Of a stretch of 44,931 bases of DNA, positions 8,986-17,615 are shown piece by piece. The position numbers and the translations under genes are program-made. Source of the DNA: Escherichia phage vB_EcoP_D. The stretch lies in sequence record KY295893.1. The stretch is one strand, 5' to 3'. Each line of letters starts with the position of its first letter. The stretch's first letter is position 1. The notes under the pieces are model-generated. The model searched no databases. It had not been told where the DNA came from and worked only from the letters and a program-made list of their open reading frames with translations.

Positions 8986-9792
8986 TTAATATTCCGCGTC
9001 CTCATCCATCTCCGGTGCAGGAGTATCTTCTGCTTCAGGTACTTCCTGTGGAACAGACTCACCAGTATCCAGAGATTTACGATTAGCTGGGGTAGCATCT
9101 TCCTCGTCTTTCTTCTTAGCCTTCTTCCATTCAGGGTCTTCTTCACGAGCAGCTTTGATAATAGCTTCTACGTGAGAGCCAGCAACAGACAGGTTCTTAC
9201 CACGAGGTGTCTCGTTCAGGAAGTATTGACGTACCAAGTTAGCTGGGATGTCATCAAGGATTTCTTTGGTCAGCTTGTCGAAGGTGATATGACCTGTCAT
9301 AGACAGACCTTCCTCTTCTACCTGAGCCAGTACAAGCTTCTTCAACTTATCAGGCATACCGCCAAAGCCTTTCCAGTTAACATACTTGAAAGTACCATCA
9401 TCATTCTTGTCGCCAGAGCCAACCATAGTTGCAGTCAGACATTCACCGATAAAATCATCGAAGCCACCCAGCAACTCTTTAGGGTCAACTGCATTCAGGA
9501 ACTTAGTCAGTGTTGCCTTATCACCAGACTTCAGAGGCACAGCCATCCATTGTTCCATGCGAGAATCATCTTCATTCTTATCGTCGTCACCCATCAGGAT
9601 AATCTTAACAAGAACAAAGTTTGCTGGCTTCTTAACTTCAGTGGTATTACCTTTCTTAAAGATATCTTGGAAGGAACCAACATGAATGATGCCAGAGATT
9701 ACTGCTTCATGATCACCAACTTCAGGGTTCTTAAATACTTTACCTTCAGCTTTAGTAACCTGAGCACCAAAATCAAAATCACCACGTGCCAT
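8986..9792 (-). CDS. hypothetical protein, possible ssDNA-binding protein (acidic C-terminal tail ending DEDAEY)
   Basis: 268-aa ORF, RBS AGGAG; the acidic tail ending in an aromatic residue is shared with T7 gp2.5, but no sequence similarity was recognised, so the function is a guess. Confidence 0.4.
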   Translation of the reverse strand: MARGDFDFGAQVTKAEGKVFKNPEVGDHEAVISGIIHVGSFQDIFKKGNTTEVKKPANFVLVKIILMGDDDKNEDDSRMEQWMAVPLKSGDKATLTKFLNAVDPKELLGGFDDFIGECLTATMVGSGDKNDDGTFKYVNWKGFGGMPDKLKKLVLAQVEEEGLSMTGHITFDKLTKEILDDIPANLVRQYFLNETPRGKNLSVAGSHVEAIIKAAREEDPEWKKAKKKDEEDATPANRKSLDTGESVPQEVPEAEDTPAPEMDEDAEY

Positions 9793-9848
9793 TTATTTAG
9801 TCTCCTATTGTTACACTACACAATCATAGGCCGAACTAAGCCGACCTA

Positions 9849-9871
9849 TTGTTCTATAGTGTCCAGTAATT
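9849..9871 (-). promoter_or_regulatory. phage RNAP promoter, main subclass (AATTACTGGACACTATAGAACAA)
   Basis: Core identical to the other main-class promoters, one change in the upstream AT-rich part; +1 G at 9854; overlaps the stop of 9870..10169. Confidence 0.55.
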
Positions 9872-10169
9872 ACTTATGAACTACCTTAATACGTGCAATA
9901 GTATCGAGAGGGTAGACATAACTAACACATTCACCATCTTCAACCTCTTGTACATTTACACTAGCCATAGTGTCACAAAGTGAAAGGCTCAATTGATGAC
10001 AAGTTTCACCTTGAGTAAACTCTGGACCACGATAGGCATCTGCTTGTTCCACAGTAGTGATTGCTGTATCGTCTTCTTTAGCCAGACGAGTGTGACCTGC
10101 AACTTTACGCTGCTCTAGATCACGAAAGATGATACCTACATGTTTAGCTTGAATCACTTCTTCCATCAT
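9870..10169 (-). CDS. hypothetical protein
   Basis: 99-aa ORF, RBS AAGGAG, tandem ATG ATG start. Confidence 0.5.
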   Translation of the reverse strand: MMEEVIQAKHVGIIFRDLEQRKVAGHTRLAKEDDTAITTVEQADAYRGPEFTQGETCHQLSLSLCDTMASVNVQEVEDGECVSYVYPLDTIARIKVVHK

Positions 10170-10175
10170 AACTCC

Positions 10176-10553
10176 TTATTTAGTCAAGTTGTCCAGTTCT
10201 ATTTCCAGCATAACAATCTCTTTCTTCAGGCTGTCAGATGCAGCTTGATTTACAAGAGCAATTGATGCCTTGTTCTCTTCAAATTCAGCTTTCAGGCTGT
10301 CACGCTCTTGCTGGTGACGTGCCAGCATATCTTCTACCTCTTTGACTTGACGTGCATTTAGTTCATCACGAGATGCATAGTAGCGGTTATGACAGTCAAT
10401 CATTTGAGAACTACGATGTTCTTCAACTTTAACTTGCTCTGCCTGTACTGCTTCGATGCGAGCCTCAATAGCTTTGATAGCCTTGGACTTGAACTTATTA
10501 GCAAGACCACGAAAGTATTGAGCCACGAATACCAGAGTAGTTACCATAGACAT
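10176..10553 (-). CDS. hypothetical coiled-coil protein
   Basis: 125-aa ORF, RBS AGGAG; charged heptad-like sequence. Confidence 0.5.
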   Translation of the reverse strand: MSMVTTLVFVAQYFRGLANKFKSKAIKAIEARIEAVQAEQVKVEEHRSSQMIDCHNRYYASRDELNARQVKEVEDMLARHQQERDSLKAEFEENKASIALVNQAASDSLKKEIVMLEIELDNLTK

Positions 10554-10617
10554 ATTTATATCTCCTATATTTATTTAATTACCTATACTACCTTATAAAC
10601 CTAGATTACCTAGGCTT

Positions 10618-10640
10618 TCCTTCTATAGTGTCCAGTAAAT
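10618..10640 (-). promoter_or_regulatory. phage RNAP promoter, main subclass (ATTTACTGGACACTATAGAAGGA)
   Basis: Minus-strand consensus match; +1 G at 10623; lies in the 370-bp intergenic region downstream of DNA polymerase. Confidence 0.6.
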
Positions 10641-10922
10641 CATGTTAGACTAAATAAGTAGGAATAAGTTATTCATAAAGGCCACTCGTAAGTGACCTTG
10701 AGTATAACTCAGTCGTAGTTACCATCACAATCTGGGTCAATGCCAGAGAAAGCCCAGAATACTACCATAAATAATATGACTCCAAGAATAATAAAAGATG
10801 CCTGCATCAATCGTAACCCTCCTCTTCATCAGGTATATCTAATCGCATACTTCCATAGCAAGCAAGCATAAGGAATATAAGAAAGAAAGTGGAGAATAGG
10901 CAAACAATATCAAACCTGTCCA

Positions 10923-13469
10923 TCAGTGTGTTTCCTTCCAACTTGCACCAATCTTATACTCACCTGCCATCGGACAACGCATCTTCAGGTACTGACCCGC
11001 CCAAGTCATTGCGTCGGCAATGATATGCCCTGCACGGTGATAGCGACGCTGGCAATGAAGTACACCAGCATCAGCATCAACGCTAACGAGATTTGCAGCA
11101 GACCACATACGTCCTTCAGAATCCACATGAACACGTTTCTCCTCTGCATCGAACACTGCTTTCACAGCAGCCTTCTCTGTTTCGAACCCTTCTAAGGTGA
11201 AAGGCAAGTCGTAGTTGAGATACAAGACCTCATCTTCAGGGACTTCCATCTGGATTTCATCGTGCACGTTAGCTATACCGCAAGGGTTTCCCATGCTATC
11301 TAAGGCCACACCTTCCTTGCGCATCACTGCAAACGCCCTGACCAATGCGTATTTCATACACAGAGAACCAGTCATCTGGAGTAGTACGTTAAGCATAGTG
11401 TGCTCTTTAAGTTCACCACCAGACATACGGATGCGACCCCAATGACCATCAGGTGCTTGTAGGTAGCCAAACTTGTTACCTTGTGCGATAACATTCTCAC
11501 GAAGACGTGCAAGAGATGGTAGTTCAACCTCAAATCTTGCCACAACTTCCTCCATTTCTTCCTCAGTAACACCACATACTGCTGCAAGGTTAGCTATACC
11601 AGACCCATATAGGAAGGCATATATAAATGTCTTCGCCATGTCACGCTTAGGAAGACCAGCCTTCATTTGATTATGGGTGTGAATGTCACCATGCAGTACA
11701 ATATCTTGATATTCAGGGTCATTCATGAAGTGAGACAGTACACGTAGTTCAAGACCAGCACCATCACAACCAAGGATTAGCTTACCTTTACCGGCTATGA
11801 ATAAATCACGTAAAGGATACAAACCACGGGCAGGAATATTAACCACGTTACGATGACGCATACGGAACGTAGAAGTTCCAATACTAATAGCAATAGCTGG
11901 CACACGCCATTCTCCGTCATCCTTGTCTGACGTAGGCCAGCATCCGTACCTTTCGTAGTATTGCTGCGCATTGATTCCTAACTCCTTGTTAAATGCTACA
12001 GGTACAAGGCCGCGACACTTTCGTATACCAGCTTGCGAAGGCCACACCCCCTTCTGGTCGAAGGCTTCAACGTCACCACGGTTGAGGATCTGACCACGAC
12101 GGGATACGAGTATGTACCATGCAGCGATACCCAAGCACCAATCAGGGACTGTTTTACCTTCACGTGCGGCTCTCTCTTGCCATAAAGTAAGGGACTTTTC
12201 ATTTATCTTCCCACTCCAAGGCTTGGGTAATACGCCATGCTCATCGAGATGCGCTTGCTCGGTATCGTTAAATTCAACACCTTTCCATCCATAATCATAG
12301 AGCACTTGCTTAACTGTATCCCTGTTACCCAAGGGAATCTCTTCGAAAGTAACAGGCGAGTAAGCGCCAATCCACTTGATGCTTGGCGTGTCATTACGGT
12401 TTCCTCTAAGGTGAGGAAAGTCTTTCTTGACGCTAGCCGACCAATCACCAGACTTAGTAGTGACACTCCATACTGTCTTGCGATCTCCTCGTCTCTCGGC
12501 ATGAAGAAAGTGTGAGGGGTCAAGGACAGTAGGTATATTGTTGCTAGCTCCATACTCATTTGCGCGTTGGCATACTTCATTCTTTTCTTCCGGTTTAAAA
12601 GGTTTAGACTTGATACGCATAGGCATGTGCGGACGGAACGCTGCGACTGTCTCATCAATCTTAGCGTCCAATTCCTCGCATCGTGCTAATGCTTTATCTA
12701 TATCCAGACGGAATCCACGCTCGGCCTGACGGCTCATCTCCAGCGCCACAATGGACTCCATGTGGAAGGCTGTCTCAATACCTAGGCCAGTGCGTTTATT
12801 CACGCCACGGCGTTTGTGCTCCGTCCATTCTCCGTTAAATAGCCAGAGGAATAGGTCACGGCCTATCGCCACGTCCTCGCGTACACGATGTACCATGTGG
12901 TCAGTTAGTTTAGACCAATCCTCGTTCTCCGGCTTATAACGGCCTATACGAATGCCGTGCGCCTCAATTGAGTGAGGGGCTACGTTACCCATGCCTTTGG
13001 CGTATGCTTGCGGAGGGAGGCGTCTATCGGGGTTTAACAGGCGACTCATGACCAGCGTATCCATGACGCGTACCGGACACAGGTCAGCGCGGAGTCTGCC
13101 CTTGCCGCGTCTCTCGGTATAGTTAAAGCCTTTCCAGATATCAGGGAATGCTTTCTCAAATAGAAGGCCGTCGTACCCTAGGAAGTTCTGTGAGACGATG
13201 GCTTCGCAGTGCTTAAGGAAGTTAACACCGTCAACCAATGTTCCATCTTGATGGCCTTCCCATTCTTTTAGGCGTTCTCTTGCTTCAGGGTCACGCATCT
13301 CGTATGGGTCAAAGAAGAGGAACTCCTCTGTAGTAAGCAAATCCATGCAGCAAATGATGTGCACATCTTCGCGGTGGCCATATCGGATAGCATCCAGCAG
13401 GCCTTTAGCCTCAGAATCCATCACTAAGATGCGGCCTTCTGCTTCCTTCTTCCAATCAATTGATTTCAT
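10923..13469 (-). CDS. DNA polymerase, family A (T7 gene 5-like)
   Basis: 848-aa ORF from ATG 13469 (MKSIDWKK, RBS GGAG); track start 13502 is TTG. Size and polymerase-domain composition fit a T7-type DNA polymerase with proofreading domain. Confidence 0.9.
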   Translation of the reverse strand: MKSIDWKKEAEGRILVMDSEAKGLLDAIRYGHREDVHIICCMDLLTTEEFLFFDPYEMRDPEARERLKEWEGHQDGTLVDGVNFLKHCEAIVSQNFLGYDGLLFEKAFPDIWKGFNYTERRGKGRLRADLCPVRVMDTLVMSRLLNPDRRLPPQAYAKGMGNVAPHSIEAHGIRIGRYKPENEDWSKLTDHMVHRVREDVAIGRDLFLWLFNGEWTEHKRRGVNKRTGLGIETAFHMESIVALEMSRQAERGFRLDIDKALARCEELDAKIDETVAAFRPHMPMRIKSKPFKPEEKNEVCQRANEYGASNNIPTVLDPSHFLHAERRGDRKTVWSVTTKSGDWSASVKKDFPHLRGNRNDTPSIKWIGAYSPVTFEEIPLGNRDTVKQVLYDYGWKGVEFNDTEQAHLDEHGVLPKPWSGKINEKSLTLWQERAAREGKTVPDWCLGIAAWYILVSRRGQILNRGDVEAFDQKGVWPSQAGIRKCRGLVPVAFNKELGINAQQYYERYGCWPTSDKDDGEWRVPAIAISIGTSTFRMRHRNVVNIPARGLYPLRDLFIAGKGKLILGCDGAGLELRVLSHFMNDPEYQDIVLHGDIHTHNQMKAGLPKRDMAKTFIYAFLYGSGIANLAAVCGVTEEEMEEVVARFEVELPSLARLRENVIAQGNKFGYLQAPDGHWGRIRMSGGELKEHTMLNVLLQMTGSLCMKYALVRAFAVMRKEGVALDSMGNPCGIANVHDEIQMEVPEDEVLYLNYDLPFTLEGFETEKAAVKAVFDAEEKRVHVDSEGRMWSAANLVSVDADAGVLHCQRRYHRAGHIIADAMTWAGQYLKMRCPMAGEYKIGASWKETH

Positions 13470-13674
13470 AGATTGCTCCAAAGTATTTAACCCTATAACC
13501 AAGTCCTAATAAAGAATTAGGTGTTAGATGAGGATAGTTATATGCTAATTCATTGTGGTACTTATCAAACAAAGCAGCCTCTTTCTTAGACCTGCAATGC
13601 CCACACTTACCATCAATACGACTGCGATAACCTTTACCGCAAGAGCAAACCTTACTGACTTTAATAGCTTTCAT
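13456..13674 (-). CDS. small Cys-rich (zinc-ribbon-like) protein
   Basis: 72 aa from ATG 13674; CSCGKGY...CGHC cysteine pairs; overlaps the DNA polymerase start by 14 nt. Confidence 0.45.
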   Translation of the reverse strand: MKAIKVSKVCSCGKGYRSRIDGKCGHCRSKKEAALFDKYHNELAYNYPHLTPNSLLGLGYRVKYFGAIYEIN

Positions 13675-13799
13675 ACATTGCCTCTGTTTCGTAGTAGTCA
13701 TCTGAACGTTCAGGTTTTGAGTTCATTGAATCTTGGAAATCCCAATCAGAATCATAATCACGTGGCATAATGCACCTCCAATCAATATGATGAAAGGCT

Positions 13800-13815
13800 G
13801 TCTCACGTGTGAGAC
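13800..13815. repeat. 16-bp palindrome GTCTCACGTGTGAGAC
   Basis: Same arms as the other copies; intergenic; no promoter nearby. Confidence 0.7.
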
Positions 13816-13825
13816 AACCCTTTAC

Positions 13826-14035
13826 TTATCGACTGCGTGTTACAGTTAATTTCTGGCCCATGTATTTGCCTTGGTGTGGCTCCCAAGTTGCCTCTTTGAT
13901 AACTTGCTCGCGCGTCAGGCTATTCTTCTTGGCCTCAGCCATAGTTAACTGTGCGAACAGGAAGGCTTGGTTAGTAATCTTGGCTTGCAGGTCTTCATGA
14001 CCATCGAACATTTTAAGACTATGTTTATTCTGCAT
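13826..14035 (-). CDS. hypothetical protein
   Basis: 69-aa minus-strand ORF in the block between primase/helicase and DNA polymerase. Confidence 0.45.
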   Translation of the reverse strand: MQNKHSLKMFDGHEDLQAKITNQAFLFAQLTMAEAKKNSLTREQVIKEATWEPHQGKYMGQKLTVTRSR

Positions 14036-14243
14036 GTTTCACCATAAAGCTGCCGATTACATTAAACTCCTCACGGAACTCTTTTTCAGTCAAATGACCG
14101 AAAAGTTCCATCTGAAAACTTGCACTAAGACTGGCACCTATTAATGCAAACCCCTTTGAAGTACCATAGGGCTTAACACCATCTGGTGCTACAACTGCAT
14201 AGCATTTATGAGGTCCACGCATATAAATTAATACCTTAGTCAT
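14025..14243 (-). CDS. hypothetical protein
   Basis: 72-aa minus-strand ORF, tightly packed with neighbours. Confidence 0.45.
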   Translation of the reverse strand: MTKVLIYMRGPHKCYAVVAPDGVKPYGTSKGFALIGASLSASFQMELFGHLTEKEFREEFNVIGSFMVKHAE

Positions 14244-14253
14244 GATTAACTCC

Positions 14254-14943
14254 TTAGATATTCACGTATGTTTCTTCAGTAACGATAGGTAGGTACAGTA
14301 ATTCTTCACCATTTAAGATGTGAAGACCTTTCAACCCTTGCTTACGAATAATGCCTTCTATAGTGTCGGCAAAATGCTTATTAATTACACGTCGTTGCGT
14401 ACCTTGTTCTGTGATTGCATGGTCAACATCCATGATTCGCACAGGTACATTTGGATGCATCATGGCTTCTCCAATCTTTACCATAGCTTGTCCTGTGGAT
14501 TTACCCAATGCACGAGTATTAAACTGTGTAACACCTAATGCAGTGCCACATTGCTTAATCATCTCACTTTGAGTCTTACCAGTGATTACATTGCGACGCT
14601 CTTTCTTGAGTGTGGTTTTCTTTTCTGCCATGTACTCTGCTAGTGTTTGAGGACCAGCACCATAATAAAGAGGAGCTAGGAAATTCTTAAGCATCTGGCG
14701 AGCACATTTATCGCAAACCTCATCATGTATGCACTTACATTGATTGTTTATCTCTACAATCTTTTCAAGATATTTATGTGCTGTCTTCTTGTGGTAATAT
14801 TGCTTAACACCACTGCGATATTCTACATAATACAGGTTCTCACCTACAAAGGTTACAACACCACGGCAAAGATAGCGACTTGAAACTTTCTTGATGTTGC
14901 GTACAAAGTCACCTACATTCAACACTAAGTTATACATAATCAA
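14254..14943 (-). CDS. hypothetical protein with CxxC...CxxC cluster
   Basis: 229-aa ORF (start could be 14943 or 14937); contains NNQCKCIHDEVCDKCARQ. No family recognised. Confidence 0.5.
   Translation of the reverse strand: MIMYNLVLNVGDFVRNIKKVSSRYLCRGVVTFVGENLYYVEYRSGVKQYYHKKTAHKYLEKIVEINNQCKCIHDEVCDKCARQMLKNFLAPLYYGAGPQTLAEYMAEKKTTLKKERRNVITGKTQSEMIKQCGTALGVTQFNTRALGKSTGQAMVKIGEAMMHPNVPVRIMDVDHAITEQGTQRRVINKHFADTIEGIIRKQGLKGLHILNGEELLYLPIVTEETYVNI
14353..14375 (-). promoter_or_regulatory. promoter-like sequence inside a gene (ATTTTGCCGACACTATAGAAGGC)
   Basis: Core GACACTATAGAAG conserved, upstream part divergent; lies within ORF 14254..14943, so function is uncertain. Confidence 0.35.
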
Positions 14944-14976
14944 TCTCCAGTTATTTAATGTACTTAATAAGAGCCT

Positions 14977-14992
14977 GTCTCACAGGTGAGAC
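14977..14992. repeat. 16-bp palindrome GTCTCACAGGTGAGAC
   Basis: Intergenic; flanked by CCT...AAGCC exactly as the copy at 36882. Confidence 0.7.
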
Positions 14993-15009
14993 AAGCCCTG
15001 ATAAATACA

Positions 15010-15171
15010 CTAGATAAGGCGTGTTACAATAAAGAACATTGACATAAGAAAACCAGATGCAACGATAAGTTTCACAGCTTTCTTGAATCCATATCGTGCA
15101 GCATAATCTGCGATCACAAGCATGAATAGGATCTCAATACCGATATTCAATACTGGTTTAATAATTTCCAT
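15010..15171 (-). CDS. hypothetical small membrane protein
   Basis: 53-aa hydrophobic ORF (MEIIKPVLNIGIEILFMLVIADYAARYGFKKAVKLIVASGFLMSMFFIVTRLI), RBS AGGAG; ATG overlaps the primase/helicase stop (TAATG). Below the track's 60-aa cutoff. Confidence 0.3.
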   Translation of the reverse strand: MEIIKPVLNIGIEILFMLVIADYAARYGFKKAVKLIVASGFLMSMFFIVTRLI

Positions 15172-17159
15172 TAAAACTCCTGTTCATCGTCAAAGGTTGT
15201 CTCTTCTATAGTGTCCGGTAAATCAGGTACTTCTTGTTGCCTTGCTTCACCTGTATCAAATGACTTAGTACGGGCTTGTGGTTCTAGCAGTCGGCCCGTA
15301 GCGATGTCACCCTTAAGCATAATCTTAGTACCAGAGTAAATCCCTTGATCCCTATCTTTAACACAGGAAATATAGGTAGTAGTTCGCTCATCTAGTGTCT
15401 CTGCCCTCGTGTTCCTTTCGATGCCCAAGGCATATGATGCCCAAAAGCCGATAGCGCCTGAGCCTCGGAAGTCAGAAAGGATAACCTCGCCACCTTCTTC
15501 GTGTTGGGTACGGTTTGCCGGAGGACGTGTAAGGTGAGAGACAAGGAATATAGTAACTGGGTGTCGGTCTTTGATAGTACCAATCCGCTTGACGCATTCA
15601 TCAAGTGCACCAACCTTCCCACCAAAAGCACGCTCATCTAATTTAATCCCCGTTAAGTTATCAATGATGATATTAGAAATGCCCATAGCCTCAAACTCTA
15701 GGCAAGTTTGCTCTACCTTCTCCATAGAATAGTCGCCTTCTAGGTCAGCCACAAATAGCTTTCCTGTATCAGCCACATAATCAATGGCAGCGTTAGCTTC
15801 TTCCTCGGTGTAGTCGAACACCTCACGGTATCCGTCTTCTTTCGGGTCGTTGGTTGGCGGTAACTCAATACGCTTATCAATCCACTTGCCGATAAAAGCA
15901 CGGGACACCTTGACCATTGGGTCTTCTGTAGAAATGATGCCTACAGATTCACCGTGTTCTTCAATGAGGTGCTTAACCACTTCGCGAAGGAACTCAGTCT
16001 TACCTACACCAGAGCCTGCACCTACAATGATAAGCTGGTTCTTACGAATACCTAGCGTTACCTTGTTCAGCTTAGGCCAAGGCCATGATAACCCTTGCTC
16101 TGGACGTGCAGCCTTGAGCTTATCCCTTTGAGATGCGATAGATTTAATCTGGCTACCAAAGACTTCATCAGATGACTTGGCATTAAACCAAGCATCAACA
16201 AACTCTTTAGCCTTGCCAGCCATCAATGCCTTGTTAGCATCTTTGCAACCAGAGGGATATTCGAGGATGTAGGATTTGCCAGGAAACAGGCGAGCAGCTT
16301 GTTGGTTCTGCTTCTGCCCTACCTCATCCCCATCAAAACCCCATATAATCTTCTTGAATTGGGCGATATGCTCACGGTTCTGCACTATCTCTTCAAGGCA
16401 AGACTCGCCTTTGTTGACAGACCATACATGGTATGGCTGGCCTTCCCACTTAGTACCCTTGGCAGAATCAAGGAGCATCTGCTGCGCTGCTAGTGCATCA
16501 AGTTCACCACCTACAATAAGCAAGCAATCCTTTCGTCTCCCCTTGTCTAACACGTGAGACAAAGTATTCATACCGAAAAGATCTTGCATACCAAAGAGTT
16601 TACCTAAATGACCAAACTTAAAATCTTTAGGTAATGTGCGACACTTAGCGCCTACTAGCTCACCTTTTTCGAAGCGTGGATAGTAATGCCGTGAGACTCT
16701 ACCCTCTTCATCGTGCCCAACACGTACATCATACAATGCGCAAATGTCGCCGCGAATGTGTCTGGAAACAAGGTTCTTACGCTTAAGCGTGAGGAACCAT
16801 TCAACATCAAGTTTCCACTCTGCTTCTTGCTCTGCCCTTTCTTGTTCATTCATGACCTCCCAACGGTCTTTCATACGCATACCACCAAGTGCGATGGCGC
16901 GTAGCTTAGGGTCGCTAATCTTCCCTTCCTTCTCCATCTCTTTAAACTGAGAAGGTGTATATTTGATGTTTCCAGTGATAGGTAACTCTGTTATCTCGAT
17001 GCCACCTTCCGGCTTATGGTAGTAGGGTCTGCCATTATCATGGAAGTGACCACGGTTACAGTATCCTGCCCCGTCGTCAAAGATCATTAAATGATTGCCA
17101 GTAATATCATGTCCGTTCTTTTGGCAAGCAGGACACGGTACATTCTGAATAATAGCCAT
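15171..17159 (-). CDS. DNA primase/helicase (T7 gene 4-like)
   Basis: 662 aa; N-terminal Cys4 zinc motif (CPACQ...C..GH), central primase region, C-terminal Walker A GAGSGVGKTEF; acidic C-terminus ending DDEQEF; RBS GGGAG. Confidence 0.9.
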   Translation of the reverse strand: MAIIQNVPCPACQKNGHDITGNHLMIFDDGAGYCNRGHFHDNGRPYYHKPEGGIEITELPITGNIKYTPSQFKEMEKEGKISDPKLRAIALGGMRMKDRWEVMNEQERAEQEAEWKLDVEWFLTLKRKNLVSRHIRGDICALYDVRVGHDEEGRVSRHYYPRFEKGELVGAKCRTLPKDFKFGHLGKLFGMQDLFGMNTLSHVLDKGRRKDCLLIVGGELDALAAQQMLLDSAKGTKWEGQPYHVWSVNKGESCLEEIVQNREHIAQFKKIIWGFDGDEVGQKQNQQAARLFPGKSYILEYPSGCKDANKALMAGKAKEFVDAWFNAKSSDEVFGSQIKSIASQRDKLKAARPEQGLSWPWPKLNKVTLGIRKNQLIIVGAGSGVGKTEFLREVVKHLIEEHGESVGIISTEDPMVKVSRAFIGKWIDKRIELPPTNDPKEDGYREVFDYTEEEANAAIDYVADTGKLFVADLEGDYSMEKVEQTCLEFEAMGISNIIIDNLTGIKLDERAFGGKVGALDECVKRIGTIKDRHPVTIFLVSHLTRPPANRTQHEEGGEVILSDFRGSGAIGFWASYALGIERNTRAETLDERTTTYISCVKDRDQGIYSGTKIMLKGDIATGRLLEPQARTKSFDTGEARQQEVPDLPDTIEETTFDDEQEF
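15201..15223 (-). promoter_or_regulatory. phage RNAP promoter inside the 3' end of the primase/helicase gene (ATTTACCGGACACTATAGAAGAG)
   Basis: Perfect main-class consensus; +1 G at 15206; 35 nt upstream of the primase/helicase stop. Confidence 0.5.
16545..16560. repeat. palindrome-like element GTCTAACACGTGAGAC inside the primase/helicase gene
   Basis: One mismatch from the intergenic palindrome family; encodes SHVLDKG in-frame. Confidence 0.5.
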
Positions 17160-17162
17160 AAC

Positions 17163-17291
17163 TTAGAACTCCCACGCTGCGCGTTTAGATGCACGGTCAC
17201 GGACAGGTTTATTCAGCTTCTTGCCTTTCTTCTGCCCTTCTTCCATGTCAAAACGGTTAGCTTTACGGGTCATCTTCTCAAAGTTACGCAT
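17163..17291 (-). CDS. small basic protein, T7 gene 1.1-like
   Basis: 42-aa ORF MRNFEKMTRKANRFDMEEGQKKGKKLNKPVRDRASKRAAWEF, RBS GGAG; resembles T7 gp1.1 as I recall it (MRNFEKMT...LNK...RDR). Below track cutoff. Confidence 0.55.
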   Translation of the reverse strand: MRNFEKMTRKANRFDMEEGQKKGKKLNKPVRDRASKRAAWEF

Positions 17292-17316
17292 GGTTAAATC
17301 TCCAAAGTGAGTTAAT

Positions 17317-17339
17317 CTTATCTATACTGTCCGGTAAAT
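17317..17339 (-). promoter_or_regulatory. phage RNAP promoter, variant (ATTTACCGGACAGTATAGATAAG)
   Basis: One core mismatch (G for C at -5); +1 G at 17322; directly upstream of the gene 1.1-like ORF. Confidence 0.55.
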
Positions 17340-17344
17340 ACGAA

Positions 17345-17360
17345 GTCTCACATGTGAGAC
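17345..17360. repeat. 16-bp perfect palindrome GTCTCACATGTGAGAC
   Basis: Intergenic; ends 6 bp from the -17 position of promoter 17317..17339. Confidence 0.7.
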
Positions 17361-17500
17361 AACCTAGGTCTGCCCTTCCTCTGAGTGGTAATAAGAGGAA
17401 GGAAGAAGGTAATAGGTATTCCTAGATAACCTATATAACCTTTAATACCTATTACTTCCTTTATATCCTTTATCTTCCCTTTCTTTCCCGTCTCCGACGG

Positions 17501-17523
17501 CTATCCTATAGTGTCCGGTAAAT
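17501..17523 (-). promoter_or_regulatory. phage RNAP promoter, main subclass (ATTTACCGGACACTATAGGATAG)
   Basis: First promoter downstream of the RNAP gene; +1 G at 17506. Confidence 0.6.
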
Positions 17524-17526
17524 AAA

Positions 17527-17542
17527 GTCTCACATGTGAGAC
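17527..17542. repeat. 16-bp perfect palindrome GTCTCACATGTGAGAC
   Basis: Identical to the copy at 17345; ends 4 bp from promoter 17501..17523. Confidence 0.7.
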
Positions 17543-17615
17543 ACGTTTATGTTAATGAAATGTTACAGGTAGTAGGTAAAAGAAAGGCCACTCCCGAAGG
17601 AATGGCCTATTAATA

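Noticed and set aside
8788-9879. 363-aa plus-strand ORF, the longest plus-strand frame in the track
   Set aside because: Antisense to three well-supported minus-strand genes with RBSs; low-complexity Leu/Phe/Ser-rich product; no RBS. The same reasoning applies to the other plus-strand ORFs (for example 2394..2927, 20467..21000, 25530..25970, 36132..36446).
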